Shown one piece after another: positions 12,501-25,300 of a DNA stretch of 64,000 nucleotides; position 1 is the stretch's first letter, and each line of letters starts with the position of its first letter. The stretch is from Bugula neritina (lineage: Eukaryota > Animalia > Bryozoa), in contig OZ037768.1 of NCBI GenBank assembly GCA_964035545.1, forward strand, positions 6,852,741 to 6,916,740, written 5' to 3'. A program made the translations under genes and the position numbers. The notes beneath the pieces were generated by a model. That model was not told the origin of the DNA, searched no databases, and was given only the letters and a program-made list of their open reading frames with translations.

Positions 12501-15500
12501 TGGAGTGATCTGTAGGCAAGGTTGTCTTGAATGGAGTCACTGATGGGCTTAGGAACATTGGGCTAGATTTCTCTACAAATCACACCATTATTAAATATGA
12601 CAAAAATGACCGCCAGCCAGATGGGTTTAGAGATTTGAGAGCAGAAGAATTCAAATATATCAATATTACCAATAAACAAGAAATTGGAGCTTTATTTTGG
12701 CTTTATTTACCATTATTGAAAATTTTTAACCAAAACAAACCAGAAATTGAAATAAAACAACAAAAACAACAATTACAGTCATACAATGGAAATCACTTTT
12801 ATAACATTATATGTATATGTATAACCAAGAGTATTTGGTACATTCTATGGAAAGTAGCAGCAGTCTAGTGGTTAGAGCATTGGCCAGGTTATGGGTTCGA
12901 ATCCCAGCAGTCATTGGTGATGCAAGGAAGACCATAATTACTTCAGTGTCGCAGTAAACCAGTCCTTAGCTCGCCTAACAGACCATCTGAGATTCTCACA
13001 GAGATGGAGACTTTGAATACAAATGTGAGTTTTATTTGACAAAATTCTATTAGAGTTAAAAAAAAAAATAAAGTAATAAGAGCATTGGAGAAGATTGAGG
13101 AAAACTGTTTCTGCTTTTCAATATAAAAACCGGTATTCATGTCCCATAAAGCTAGAACTTATTAAATAAACCGGGTCATGAGTACATAGATTATGGAAAC
13201 ACAACTACAAAATACACTCATTCTATTTAGGTAGTTTGATAGAACGATGTATTATAATATAGCATACACAAGCATAATTCTAAACTTAGGTTTTGGAGTT
13301 TTTCTGTTTTATGAAAAACAAATCAAATTGATTTTTTAAAACTATATTGCAATATATCCCATATAAAACACATGTCTACACTGTGAGTCATGGAGTTATG
13401 ACAACATTTAAGTTGCAAGGAACTGCTGTCTTTACCTGGAAATTCACTGATTCGCAGCGAGTCAACATGTTCATGGCCATAGAAGTGAGCCAATATCACG
13501 TCAGCATAGTTCTCCACGATGTCCATATACGCATCATTGAAATCATCATGAAACCAATTGGACTCAGGGTTCAGTTCAAAAACTCCAGGAGGGACGTGGG
13601 CGGCTATGTACACCTGAATATTGGAAGCACAAGTTAGTTAGTAGGCTATGTGATTAAAAAAATCACCTTTACTATTCATTATACTTCATTCATGACAATA
13701 AAGCAGTAAACTGTCTGATTATTTGAAAGGTTGTTGTGTTCAAAACTTTCACACAAGTAAAAATATCATCTTGTATCAAATTATGTTTTCAAAGTTAAAA
13801 ATACACTAGTGTATATGTGTTTTAGCCTGCTAGCAGAATATTATATGCAAGGTTACGGAAAAAGAAAAGTCGTGGCACAATAATAACTTTGAGTGAAATT
13901 AGCAACTATTTTCAAGTTTTTCCATTTGCTGCTGAAAATTGCTGACAAAAACTTGAATGCAAAGAAGGCTAGTTGGTCAATTCAAAACGCAAGATAGCTG
14001 ACTCCCTGCGTCTAAATTGCTGCCAGAGCTGCACTTTTATTGGACAAAAGAATTACTTCTTCCAAAGTTGTTTGGCCAGTCACTAATGAATATCTCAAGT
14101 TAATTACACAGAAGCACAAACTGAGAAAAATGGGCACTGATTTACCACAGGAAAAAATCAGCTGCTTTTAGTCTTACCTTTTGATTGATCAGCTTTGCTT
14201 TTTCTAGCTCCGAAGTTAGCCACATCAGTTGTCCGCTAAGATCGTAATTATTGCTGGCAATTGTCAGGTTGTTCATTGAATAGTATAAAGCAGTATTCAA
14301 TGAAACTATTTTCAATTGTGAACTTAGACTGTAGGAAAAGTAACCACCTAAATAAAAAATCATATTATGTAATACATGCCAATAGGATGTAGAAGCAACT
14401 CTCTTTTGATAAGATATGATGAGGAGAAGTTAACAGGTGCTATGAAATGAAAGTAGTGTCAAAAACTCTGCTAATGTTATCTTTAGCAGACATATTAACA
14501 ATGTGATATGTTTTACTAGCTTAGAAAATCATAGATAAGATAAAATCCTTATACCCAACAGTGTACCACACTTGAATGTTAGATTAACAACTTTAGAATG
14601 CCATTTTTTTGCATCAAATAAAGCCAACACAGAGCATACATAATTATTTGTTTTTATAGTATATATTACATATTATATACAACAAAGACCATAATTGTAA
14701 TGAGATGGCACTGTGCCTTATATAATTGTTATAATACTACAGTATACCTTGTATGAAGGTATCATGAGCATCAGGTGGTAAAAGCTTGGCCCATTGGCTA
14801 ACATTCAGTATCGAAGTATAGTATTGGACGTCGTCAAAAGGCATTTCGTTACTTGGGTATGGATCATGATTACCAAACGAAGGAAATATTTTAGTGTTTG
14901 GAAACTCGGAGAGCAGCATTTCAGTAATGTTTCTTAAGGTTATAACAACATCACCCTCATCATAAGTTGAGTCATCCACATGGGGAACACTATCTCTGTA
15001 AACAGAGAACATTGCTATACCTACCAATGCTAATAATTGCTAGCTATAGGAACTCAAGGTGTATGCATGCAGTTTTGTCTATTGCAATAAAAAACACAGT
15101 TGTGTTAGCTTAAGTAGAATTTGGTTAGCTGTTAGACTGGTGATACCTGTGAAGCTGTAAAAAGAATTATATTCAAATAGTTCTAGACAAACTTTCTTCA
15201 TACTGTATGAGATGCATACACTATGCTATAGCATGGAGGTCAAACTGTGAGAACTTCTCTGTCAATTAATCAGAAGGCAGGAAGCTAAATGCTAACAACT
15301 TAAAATAAAATGGCAGTTAAGATTGATAAAACTAAACAAACTCACCCAGTCCACAGAATGAAGTCTGGATTTGCGTGTAAAGAATTCATTGCTGATATAG
15401 AAGATTGAACCAGCAGCCATGATGAATCACATCTGAAGTTCCCAAACTTTCCTGAAAATAGAATAAAATGGCAGTTGTTGAAATAAATTTATCAACTTCA

Positions 15501-16339
15501 TGATATTGTGAATGGCACAGACTAAAAACCAAAATAAACTAAAAATATTCTAACAACAGCTAAATAGATGAAAACCACTGCAGAAGAGCCTGAATGTTTA
15601 GTTAGCATTGTCTATGGAATCAGAATGGGATTATTGTAAACAAAATTTGATCTTTCGATAAATTTACAAGTAAATGTAGAGAATATACTATTAAAAATAT
15701 ATCAATAAAAATAATCAAGTTAATAACTTTATACAATTTTTATAAAACATCACAATAAAACCTAATATATCAACCTAAGTCGTAGTGTATGGATGAGGAA
15801 GAGCTATGGCACAGCTTGTTGGGATCTCCATGAAGGGAGTAGTTAGAGTCCACATGGAAGTCTGTTATTTGCCAAAAATAGCCTGAAATTACAGCATAGA
15901 GTGAGATCCAACACAATACTTGACACTACACAGTTTTTTAAAACAATAAAACTGGTAGGCTGATTATCTGCAAGTCATTGTTTCATACACTAGTATATGC
16001 ATATTCCTTCGATACATGAATCCAAAGTACAATATGCTTTTAAAAATTAGTTAAACTAGGAGCGCAGCTTACATGTATTTATGAGTAGAACTACGCCATT
16101 CTACTTACCATTTGGTACATGTGTATTGAGTGGAGTTGACAAGTTGCAAATTAATTGTCTGCACTTAATTGATAAAATAAGCACTAGCACAAAACAGGTG
16201 TTTGATACTATTTACTAAAACAAAGTTATTACTGTTTCCTAAACCACTGACCTTTGTCGACTTCATGGGAACTTGGGCGACACATTACAAAATCAGCAGC
16301 CAGCACAAAGCTAACGACTAACATCAAATATTTCACCAT
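9565..16339 (-). CDS. SMPDL3: Acid sphingomyelinase-like phosphodiesterase 3 family protein (~519 aa) with signal peptide and C-terminal TM helix; 10 coding exons
   Basis: Exons 16339-16252, 15882-15775, 15451-15346, 14995-14748, 14347-14178, 13613-13436, 12572-12408, 11502-11370, 10997-10797, 9727-9565 (1560 nt). Metallophosphoesterase motifs FWQITDFHVD, LWTGDSVPH, GNHD, AHVPPG, GHEHVD, NPSIRLFEY, WELEY. No saposin domain, so SMPDL3-like rather than SMPD1. Confidence 0.88.
9783..10307. mobile_element. Non-autonomous hAT-like MITE (525 bp) in the last SMPDL3 intron
   Basis: TIRs CAGAGTTGGGGT (9783) and ACCCCAACCCTG (ends 10307), 1 mismatch. Exact 8-bp TSD ATTATAAC at 9775-9782 and 10308-10315. 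Dense subterminal AATTAC/GTAATT repeats. Confidence 0.88.
10999..11075. repeat. Three-copy ~25-bp tandem repeat of the SMPDL3 3' splice-site region
   Basis: tacagaaaagaagtggtaaagtaag at 10999 and 11024, variant at 11049. Confidence 0.85.
12364..12387. repeat. (AG)n microsatellite
   Basis: Directly visible. Confidence 0.9.
12855..13030 (+). mobile_element. Degenerate tRNA-derived SINE in an SMPDL3 intron (ends approximate)
   Basis: Pol III A-box-like CAGTCTAGTGG 12861-12871 and perfect B box GGTTCGAATCC 12894-12904. The spacing is too short for an anticodon arm and I see no acceptor stem. It is followed by a non-tRNA body (cattggtgatgcaaggaag). Confidence 0.55.
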
Positions 16340-16749
16340 AGTTGAACCTTGACTCTAAAAAGTTTTTTTTAAATATCAAACAAGTTAAAGAAATTTTTTT
16401 TGTTATTCTCAAATTAAATAATAGGAAGACTTTATTTTTGACAATGAAATCAAGTACATACTCATACTGATACTCATAGCATCACCATCAGTCATAGTGA
16501 TAGTCATAGTACCAGTATCACTATGAATATGGTTAATGTGATACTTATACTAATCATTAATAAGTAACAATAGTAATACTGATACTAATATATTGAAACT
16601 AAATGCAATACTAATAGTCACTATTAGTATTACATTTAGTTTTACTATTACTATTAGTAGAAGTATATATAAAGTGATTATTATAATTATCATATTTATA
16701 GCGAATTTAACTCTAGGTACTAGTAGAGGTTCACAAGGGTACTAACTAC

Positions 16750-17121
16750 AAATCCGCGACATTTCGAAAATGACAACTGGAAAACACCTATTCGGAATAT
16801 AGACAATTGGAAAATAAACATTTGAAAAATAGACATTTAGAAAATGAAGAATATTCAACATGGCCTAGTTCAGAGGGGGCGTTGAGTATGTGGTCGGGTT
16901 TAAAATTTCTTTGTAAATGTGAACAATTTTAAATTTGAACTACTCTGTAACTAATTCTACTTCCATGATAGCCTAACTGATTCGACCATTATATTTATTT
17001 TCAAAAGCTATTTTAGAATTGACCATATGCCGAACAACCCCTCAGGACTAGACCATGTTGAATATCTTTCATTTTCCAAATGTCTATTTTCCAATTGTCC
17101 ATTTCGAAATGTCGTGTCACC
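16750..17121. mobile_element. Non-autonomous Mutator-like foldback MITE (372 bp)
   Basis: Exact 9-bp TSD ACTAACTAC at 16741-16749 and 17122-17130. Long imperfect TIRs starting CGACATTTCGAAA a few bp inside each end and extending through ATATTCAACATGG.CTAGT. Internal ~15-bp GACATTTGGAAAATA-like repeats. Confidence 0.8.
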
Positions 17122-17139
17122 ACTAACTACTAGTACTAC

Positions 17140-17664
17140 GGTACTAACACTAACAGTAACTACGTATTATAACTATAAGACTATCAGTATCACTAAGTAA
17201 TGCTACTAGTACTAGTACTACTGCTAGTAGTAGTACTACTGCTACTACTACTGCTGCTGCTGTCGCCGCCACCACCACTACCACCTCTAGTACTACTACT
17301 AGTACTTAGTAGTAGTAGTAGTACTAGAAGCAGTAGCACTCTGTACTACTAGTAGTAGTACTAGGTCAAGTAGTAGTACTAGTACTACTACTACTACTAG
17401 TAGTAGTAGTAGTACTAGTATTAGACTATTAGTACTACTAGTAGTAGTAGGCTGAGACGTAGCTCAATAATACTAATACTAATAGTAATACTAATAGTAA
17501 TAGTAATACTAATACACTTACAGTAATACACTTATACTAATGGTAATAGTTATAGTAACCTGTAACGGTAACAGTAGCATGTGAAAGTCGAATTTCGCTC
17601 TTTTAAGAAGTAGTACTAGGTCAAGTAGTAGTACTAGTACTACTACTACTACTACTACTACTAC

Positions 17665-17732
<68 letters not shown>

Positions 17733-17881
17733 ATACTAATACTAATAGTAATACTAATACACTTACAGTTACAGTAAATGTAATACTAATAACTAATAGT
17801 AATACACTTATACTAATGGTAATAGTTATACTTATAGTAACCTGTAACGGTAACAGTAGCATGTGAAAGTCGAATTTCGCT
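17140..17881. repeat. TAC/TAG microsatellite field containing palindromes and a ~270-bp two-copy duplication
   Basis: (TAC)n abuts (TAG)n at 17638-17730. The block agtaatacacttatactaatggtaatag...gtgaaagtcgaatttcgct occurs at 17522-17599 and 17798-17881; tagtactaggtcaagtagtagtactagtactact occurs near 17356 and 17611. Confidence 0.85.
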
Positions 17882-18813
17882 TTGTTTATTTTAAACAATG
17901 CTATGCATTCTATAAAGATTTATAAGCAAAAGCTACATTAATGCAAAATTATAACAACCATAATCGATATGATCACCATAAAAAGATCACATGATGATCA
18001 TAGCGATAATGTAAATGTAGGATAACAAACAGCTGATTTAAAGAAAACACAATACATTATTCGCTGTGCTTATAAATACTTTTTATCTGATTAAGAAGAT
18101 AACTCTACAGAATTTAGTGTAGCCGTTTGAAAATTATTTTGGCGAAATCCCTTGTTTGGCGGATTGTTTAATACGTTTGAAGATCGTCAACACTGTGAAC
18201 ACATGGCTGCTACTGAGTCTTCAAGTTCATAATCATACTGTTACTGATAAGTGATACAGGTGATACAGCCACAGTGTCATTAGCAGTAACATTGCATTTT
18301 ATTCAGAGTTTATTGTTTATACCACTAACCACGTTATTTCATTTCATTTGATTTTCCTACTATAAGTATAAAGTATTGCTTATTTTATATTTAGTGGTAC
18401 TATTTTAACTTTAAGTATTCGTATAACACTCACAGTGTCAATAGGCATAGCAAAAACTTGTAACTATAAGTATTAGTATAAGTATAGGCTTTACTTTACC
18501 GTTAGTATTACTCTATCAGTTACTCCAAGTCTATTGCTATTACTATTAGTATTACTATTACTATTAGTATTACTATTAGTAATAGTATTACATTTACTAT
18601 TACTATTAGTATTAGTATTACTATTACTATTAGTATTATTAAGTATTACTATTAGTATTACTTTAATACTTTAATAGTAATACTAATACTATTAGTATTA
18701 CTATTACTAATAAAGTATTACATTTACTATTAGATTTAGTGTTTGGGTTATACCCAATCTCATACCTGTACCGTTGTTCATGCTCATACTCATAGTTGAC
18801 GTTGTAGTGATAG

Positions 18814-18880
18814 TCATACTCGTTCTCATACTGATACTGTCATAGGTCCTATGACAGTATCAGTATGAGAACGAGTATGA
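18814..18880. repeat. Perfect inverted repeat, 33-bp arms with 1-nt spacer
   Basis: tcatactcgttctcatactgatactgtcatagg-t-cctatgacagtatcagtatgagaacgagtatga. Confidence 0.95.
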
Positions 18881-19393
18881 TATAGTATGATAGGGTATTG
18901 TACCTGTACTCATAGTCGTAATGATTAAATTTAATGATTGGTAGTTGGAGTTGCTCCTACTACTACTAGTACTAGTAGTGTAGTACTACTACTAGTGCTA
19001 GTATTACTGTTAGTGTTAGCACAACAGCTACTCCTAGTTCAGATTAAGATTAATTTTTTTACTCTTATTCTTACTTTATAGGTTTTTTAAAAATTTAAAC
19101 TTTAGGATAAAAAGTTAATTTCTAAATTTTTGGTTACAATCATCAATGACTTTTTAGTTACAATGACATTCACATTGTGATTGTAATTATAAAAGAGGGA
19201 CATCATATAAAGAATAAATAGATATTTATTTAATGCTTAAATTTGGGTTCTACAGTCACAATATCCATAGGCAAAATGTGTGTCATGGGTAAATATATAT
19301 TATTATATAGACCAATATTTTAAAATTTATGTTTGTCAACACAAAAAATACTATGCGTAATCGATTGCTTATCTGTTATTTATTAATTTCTAG

Positions 19394-22300
19394 ATGGGAA
19401 AAGATAGATCTCAGAAACGGCATAAACTAGTTAAGGAAGAACCCACTGGTTTACCCTCTGTCAAGGAAATGGAGAGAGAATGTGAAATAAATGGAGCTGA
19501 TATGGCTGGCATAGACACTGTAATAGAAAAGGTTTGCTAGATAGTAGTTGTGCAATAGCTAAATTTGCTTGGTTACCATACTTGCTTACTGAATTGGCTA
19601 AAATATTTTGAAATAAGTAATTTTGATAGAGAGTAAATGTAGCTTAAAATAAAACAGCTAAAAGTTAATCGTTGTATGCTAAGTTTTTCAAAGTTTTAGT
19701 CTTTTAGTGACCAAAAAATTTATTTGTGCATTGTGATGATGTCATTCTACTATATTCTATATCTGTGTCATATTTGGTTTTAATAAATAATGGCTAAGTT
19801 TTTTCTACATAGCTTTCAAGTACATGTTTGGACGACAAGGAATATGGATGTGCTGCCCTTAGTGCTTACATATCCAGTAAAGATGCATTGAACAACCTGC
19901 TAGACAGAAACGCTGTTAGACTCATCACTCCGTTACTTCAGGAGAAGAAAGTCTCTCTGCAGCTGGCTGCGTCCAGCTTGCTACGGTAAGTATCTCATTA
20001 TTGAGTCTAGATAGCATGTGTCAGCATGTGGTGACACTCTGTCGTGGTCTTTTTAGAAATTGCTGTGTACATTATCCAGCAGTGTGGTGTGTGTGCGTGC
20101 ATGCGTGTTTCACGTGTGAGTAAGTATTTCTCTATTTCAAAGTTTCGTGATGAGAGAAATCAATGTTTCAGAGGGATGAGTGAGGAGGGAGGATTTGAGG
20201 CGTGTGAAAGGATGATCAGACAGGATGTGTTTACTGGATTAACTGCAGTTTTGAGAGAAGTAAGTACTTGTTTTACACCAATTTTGTTTCCTTGTAAATC
20301 TAATCATTTAATATAAATAATAATAATAATAATGAATAAAATTGTTTAAAAAGTATTTGAAGCATCTGGATATTGTTGATTAAATTAGAAACTTGGAAAT
20401 TGCTGACAATATTGCAAGATGGTGAAGCATGGCTTTATAACTTATAGAGTTCAATATTAATTTATTTAGTTGCGTAATATATATTTCTATAAATATATGA
20501 TGTTACAGAGAGTTGGTATTTCTATATACTATTACAGAGAGTTGGTATTTCTATATATTCTTACAGAGGGTTAGTATTTGGCAGAGCAGCCAGGTGGATG
20601 TTAAATCTGACGGATATCTTCACAGTTTTGTCAACTGCATATATACTGTACAAAACCTGTGTGAATGCTCGGCCCTGGCTGTTCGGCTGTCCATTGAAGA
20701 CTCTGTACCTCAAGTCCTACTTTCAGTGTTAAATGTAGAGAAGTATTCAGCAACAGTACTCTTAGCCGCAGGTAAATACTCTTAGCCGCAGGTAAATACT
20801 CTTAGCCGCAGGTAAATACTCTTAGCTGCAGGTAAATACCCTTGGCAGCAGGTAAATACCCTTGGCAGCAGGCAAATGTTCTTGGCTGCAGGTAAATACA
20901 GCCCTCACATCCAAAGTGGCAAAGCACTAGCTAGACAAAAAGGTTGTTTAGCAGCTATTATAATGGCCACTCATTTTAAAACTGGTAGTATAATGCCATT
21001 TTGTTAGATGAAAATGCCATTATATACTATTAGTAGTTTTCATAAGTCTGGTGTGATAATGATATTGTTAATTGTTTCTTTTTTAAGATCAAGAGCTTGT
21101 AATACTTAGTAACACTCATAGTACTATAATTTGGTTATAAAGAAAATCGTTTGAATACAAATTTAGCTGAATAAATCACCTCATACCCATTTGAAACTGT
21201 CATGTTTTCAGCCCAGTGTTTATATACATTGAGTGAAGAAAACCAGACCGTCTCCGAGTTCCTTCAGCAAACATCCAACAGTCAAACTCTGACCTCGTTG
21301 TTGCGCAATGACAAAGTTTTACTCTACACCAGAGTCATAATAGCAGGTAAACTTGCCCTCTACATTTATATCTGTATATGTTGACTGTGTTGTGATACAC
21401 AAGTATTTGCTGACTCAGAAAATGTCTGCCATTAGTCCTCGAAGTTAATATGACATCTAAATGGTGGTAGTTTGCCATAGACTATGGCTGGTTGGGTTTT
21501 AGTCAAAAATATTAGTTGTAGCTCTTAGATAATCTGCAGAGGTTTTCAAGCAAGAACTTCCAATCCGCTGGGACATGCTATTATTCAGCTGTTGATTATA
21601 AAAAGCTTGACAATTCTAGGAGAGAGAAAAGATGTAAAAAATTGTTTTGGAATTCTTGAAACTGCCATCTTAGGATTTGCATATGAAACGAAAACTGGTC
21701 ATAGCAATTGCTCTTGTGCTACTCAGTAATGATTCTCTGTGAACTAAAGCTCATTCCAGTTACAAATGAGTTACAAATGAGTTACATACGAGTAGAACTT
21801 GCTATATAATGCATGTGTTGTTGCAGGTGTACAATTCAATACTTATGGGTTTGATGTGCTGAGTAAGGAATCTGGAGACGTTATACCACCTCTGTTACTT
21901 TCTGCACTCAACATAGATACGTATGATAACCTCTGCACCATAGTGTTTAACAGTGATACAGCAGTACCCAACCCATCTACTTCCACCGGTGCTTGTGAAA
22001 TGGTTAGTGCAGCTTAGTGTAAACTATATGTAACTACTGGACATAGAGATGCTTGTATTGTCTTATACTAGTTAATCTCTTGAAGCATTCGGTCGCGAAT
22101 ATTCATTAGTTAATCAACTTCGCTTGTTTTACATGTCGAAACCGAAATATATTAGTGTGCTTCATGGTTATTACAATTGTTGCTTATTAGTATGTGTATT
22201 TAGGCTTCAAATAATTGCCTCTTAAGTAATGCAGTAAAGGGTTGATTTTTTTCCTTAATGCAATTTCATGTTATACTTTTTATATGAATGATTTTTAAAA

Positions 22301-25300
22301 ACTCAAGTATACTCTAGGAACAAGATGATATTGGTGAGGAAAAGCATTCTACAAATCCTACAGAAGGTTCATTGGTATGTATTTAGTTTTTCATTTTTGT
22401 GACCTAATGTAGAAATTCACTCTTTTTCCTTTATCTTCATTTTTTCAAAAGTTTAGTGTCTATGTGTATGGCACTGATGATGTCTGTATATCCGTTTTAA
22501 ATCCTGTGATAATTTGACAGCGTAAAGATCTGGAGGTGTTGGATAATCAGCTTTCTGCGCAGAAACTAAGTTTTGAGATCATCACAAACCTACTCGCTGC
22601 CGATGGTAAGCTGGCGATTTCATTATTAGTTATACAACTGCCTTCGAGGCTTTCACTGTAACTACATCAGTTGCTTATTGTGAAATAACAATACCCTGTG
22701 ATAATAGTAGTATACCCAAGTAGTACTATACCCAAGTAGTATTATACCCAAGTAGTAGTATGCCCAAGTAGTATTATACCCAAGTAGTAGTATGCCCAAG
22801 TAGTATTATACCCAAGTAGTATTATACCCAAGTAATATTACACTGAAGTATAATAATGGGCTACTACTACTACTGTTATAGACACTGAAGACTGGGCGGA
22901 TATAGACGTAGATGACGATACAAGTTGTGGCACTGCTGATTCTGACTGCATGGAAGATGAAGATATGGTAGTTATATTTACCTTTTGGTAGATGTTTAAG
23001 TGTGCCATCGTAATATTTCATTATTCTTGCTGCTGCATTTATTCAATTCACATAATTTAGTGTAGACAAGTTCGGTTTATAATACTTAGTTATATTATAA
23101 GTAAAGTTTTGTTTGGTTAGAGTTAAACTTATATAACTAACTTCAAATTTCTAGTTCTGCGTTCACCCACTACAGAAATACTTTCATCTGTTATACAGTA
23201 TGATAAATAGCAGTCTGTTGGGTTGATGTTGCATCAAGAAACCTATACTGTGTGTTTAGGAACCTCTACCAGATAACTCCATTGCTACAACTCTAGCAGA
23301 CGAAGACCTAATAGACACCTTGAGGCACCGACTCCATTTTACAAGTTCAGAACTCTATGGAAAGGTAGCCAATACAGATAAGCTCCATCGTTCAGCTCTG
23401 CAGTCTTCTTTGCAAAGGTAAAACCTAGTGTTACTCTCGTCTTTATAATGTTTTACCTGTAAACTAAAATCATTCTTACTCTGGCTTGCTCACAATTTTC
23501 ATATCGTAAATATCTCAAGGATTTATTTCTTCTCCACCCTGTCTATGGATATGCTGTTACCAGATTTCCCTGCTGAGAAGTCTTTAAATAAAATGAAAAT
23601 TAAACATTATTAAAAGTTTAATTTCTCTTAAATTATGGACAAAAATTCTTGAAGACCTGTTTATTTTGTTGTTTATTTTGTCACACTAAATCAGTTACCT
23701 TGATAATTGATGTAACCTTTAGGTGTTTACTAGTTAACCGGGCTTTTGGTTTGATGTAGATATGACAGTATGCTGGCAAGTGCACTGCTCTGTCTCAATA
23801 ACACCCTCTCCCAGGTCAAGCTGGACAAGTTTGGTGGAGTCCAGTCTCTACAGTCTATGTTGAAGTTGCTGCTATCTGCCCTGTCTACACCTCAAAGTAA
23901 GTACAAATACTGTATAATCTAACAAATACTAGGCTTAGATGATTGAACAATCTACTGTAGCATGACTGGAGTTGTCTATCCTAGCACATGTGTTTATGTT
24001 GTATCTAATTGTATAATTTTCCAATCTGAAAGTTTCTTGCTTTGCAGTTGTGAGCCAAGAAGTGCTGGTTGAGTCAATAACCAGTGCAATGAGATCACTG
24101 ATGGAGCAACTCTCAGCCAACTCTGAAGTAAGTTTCACTATTAGTATAGTAGATTAGAGTTTAGCAACTAGTTATATGTATTTAGTTGGTTCAGTTCTAA
24201 TGATATCAACTATTGTTTTCAATGGCTATCCAGTTGGTTATGGATTGATGGATAATTTAAGAGCTACTAAAGCTTGGCTTCTCACCAGATTTGCTTCTGC
24301 AGTTGTTGTTGTTGGGGGGGGGGGTAATTTTTTATGCAAGTTATGTAGAATTGGAACTGCCACAGCTTTACTGAAAGTATGGGTGTTGAAAATTTTTCAA
24401 CTTCCTTTAAACTAATAGAAACCATTAACCTCTTTGATAAAATTGCTGCAATACTTGTAGGAGGAATCATGCAACTGTAATGCCGCAGCTGACTGTTGAT
24501 TGCTTCAATGTAGTAATTATTGTTGAATATCTGTATCTGATAATAGATGGACAGTTAGTGCAGCAACTTATGATGGCCTCTTTCTAATAATCTGTGGGGA
24601 AAGAAATTAAATATAAGCAAGCACCCAGTTGTTGCTGCACTAGGACAACTATTTCAATACTAAGCTTTGCAGTACAATTACTGTAATTTATAGATGAGTT
24701 ACAGTTTATTTTTGACACGCAATTCCTCTACAAATTAAATGACTCATTTAATGATTTTGTTTGATACTTTAGAATTTATCATTTGATGAGGAAGAGCTGA
24801 ACACACTGCAGAAACTAATAATGGCACCACACACTGCCACCGCTGTCAACGCCCTTCGGTGTGTAACAGCGGTTGGAGTGTCGCTCTCAAAGCAATCCAC
24901 TCCCAACCCAATTGTCAAGGTAGCTACCATTTTCCTAGTGCATTAATTTACAAGCTAGGCGACACTGTATTCTGTTTTATTCAACTTCTTCTGAGATGAG
25001 TTATTGCATATTTTATATACTTGGTCGTGTTTTAGGCAATAGGGAGTCTTCTGCTGGAAGTGGTTACCACCAGTAAGCAGTTGTGGTTGGTTACGGAATC
25101 ATTAGATTCCATTATGGATGTGTTTGCTGAAGATATAAACAATATTTATATAAAGGAACTGGGCGTGATCTCTACTCTGCAGGAGATACTTCCTCAACTC
25201 AAAACTATGGTAAGACATACTTGCATATATCATTCAAAGCTAGAATTATTTCTGCTATGTTGCTCATAGTTGCATTTGCTACAACATTTCAAAAATATAA

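Noticed and set aside
12855-12910. Possible tRNA gene
   Set aside because: No anticodon arm or acceptor stem; treated as a SINE head.
17518-17898. 126-aa poly-Leu/Val ORF
   Set aside because: Translation of the TAG/TAC microsatellite.
20761-20900. CRISPR-like appearance of short regular repeats (also 22705-22832)
   Set aside because: Head-to-tail repeats without unique spacers, in eukaryotic introns, no cas genes.
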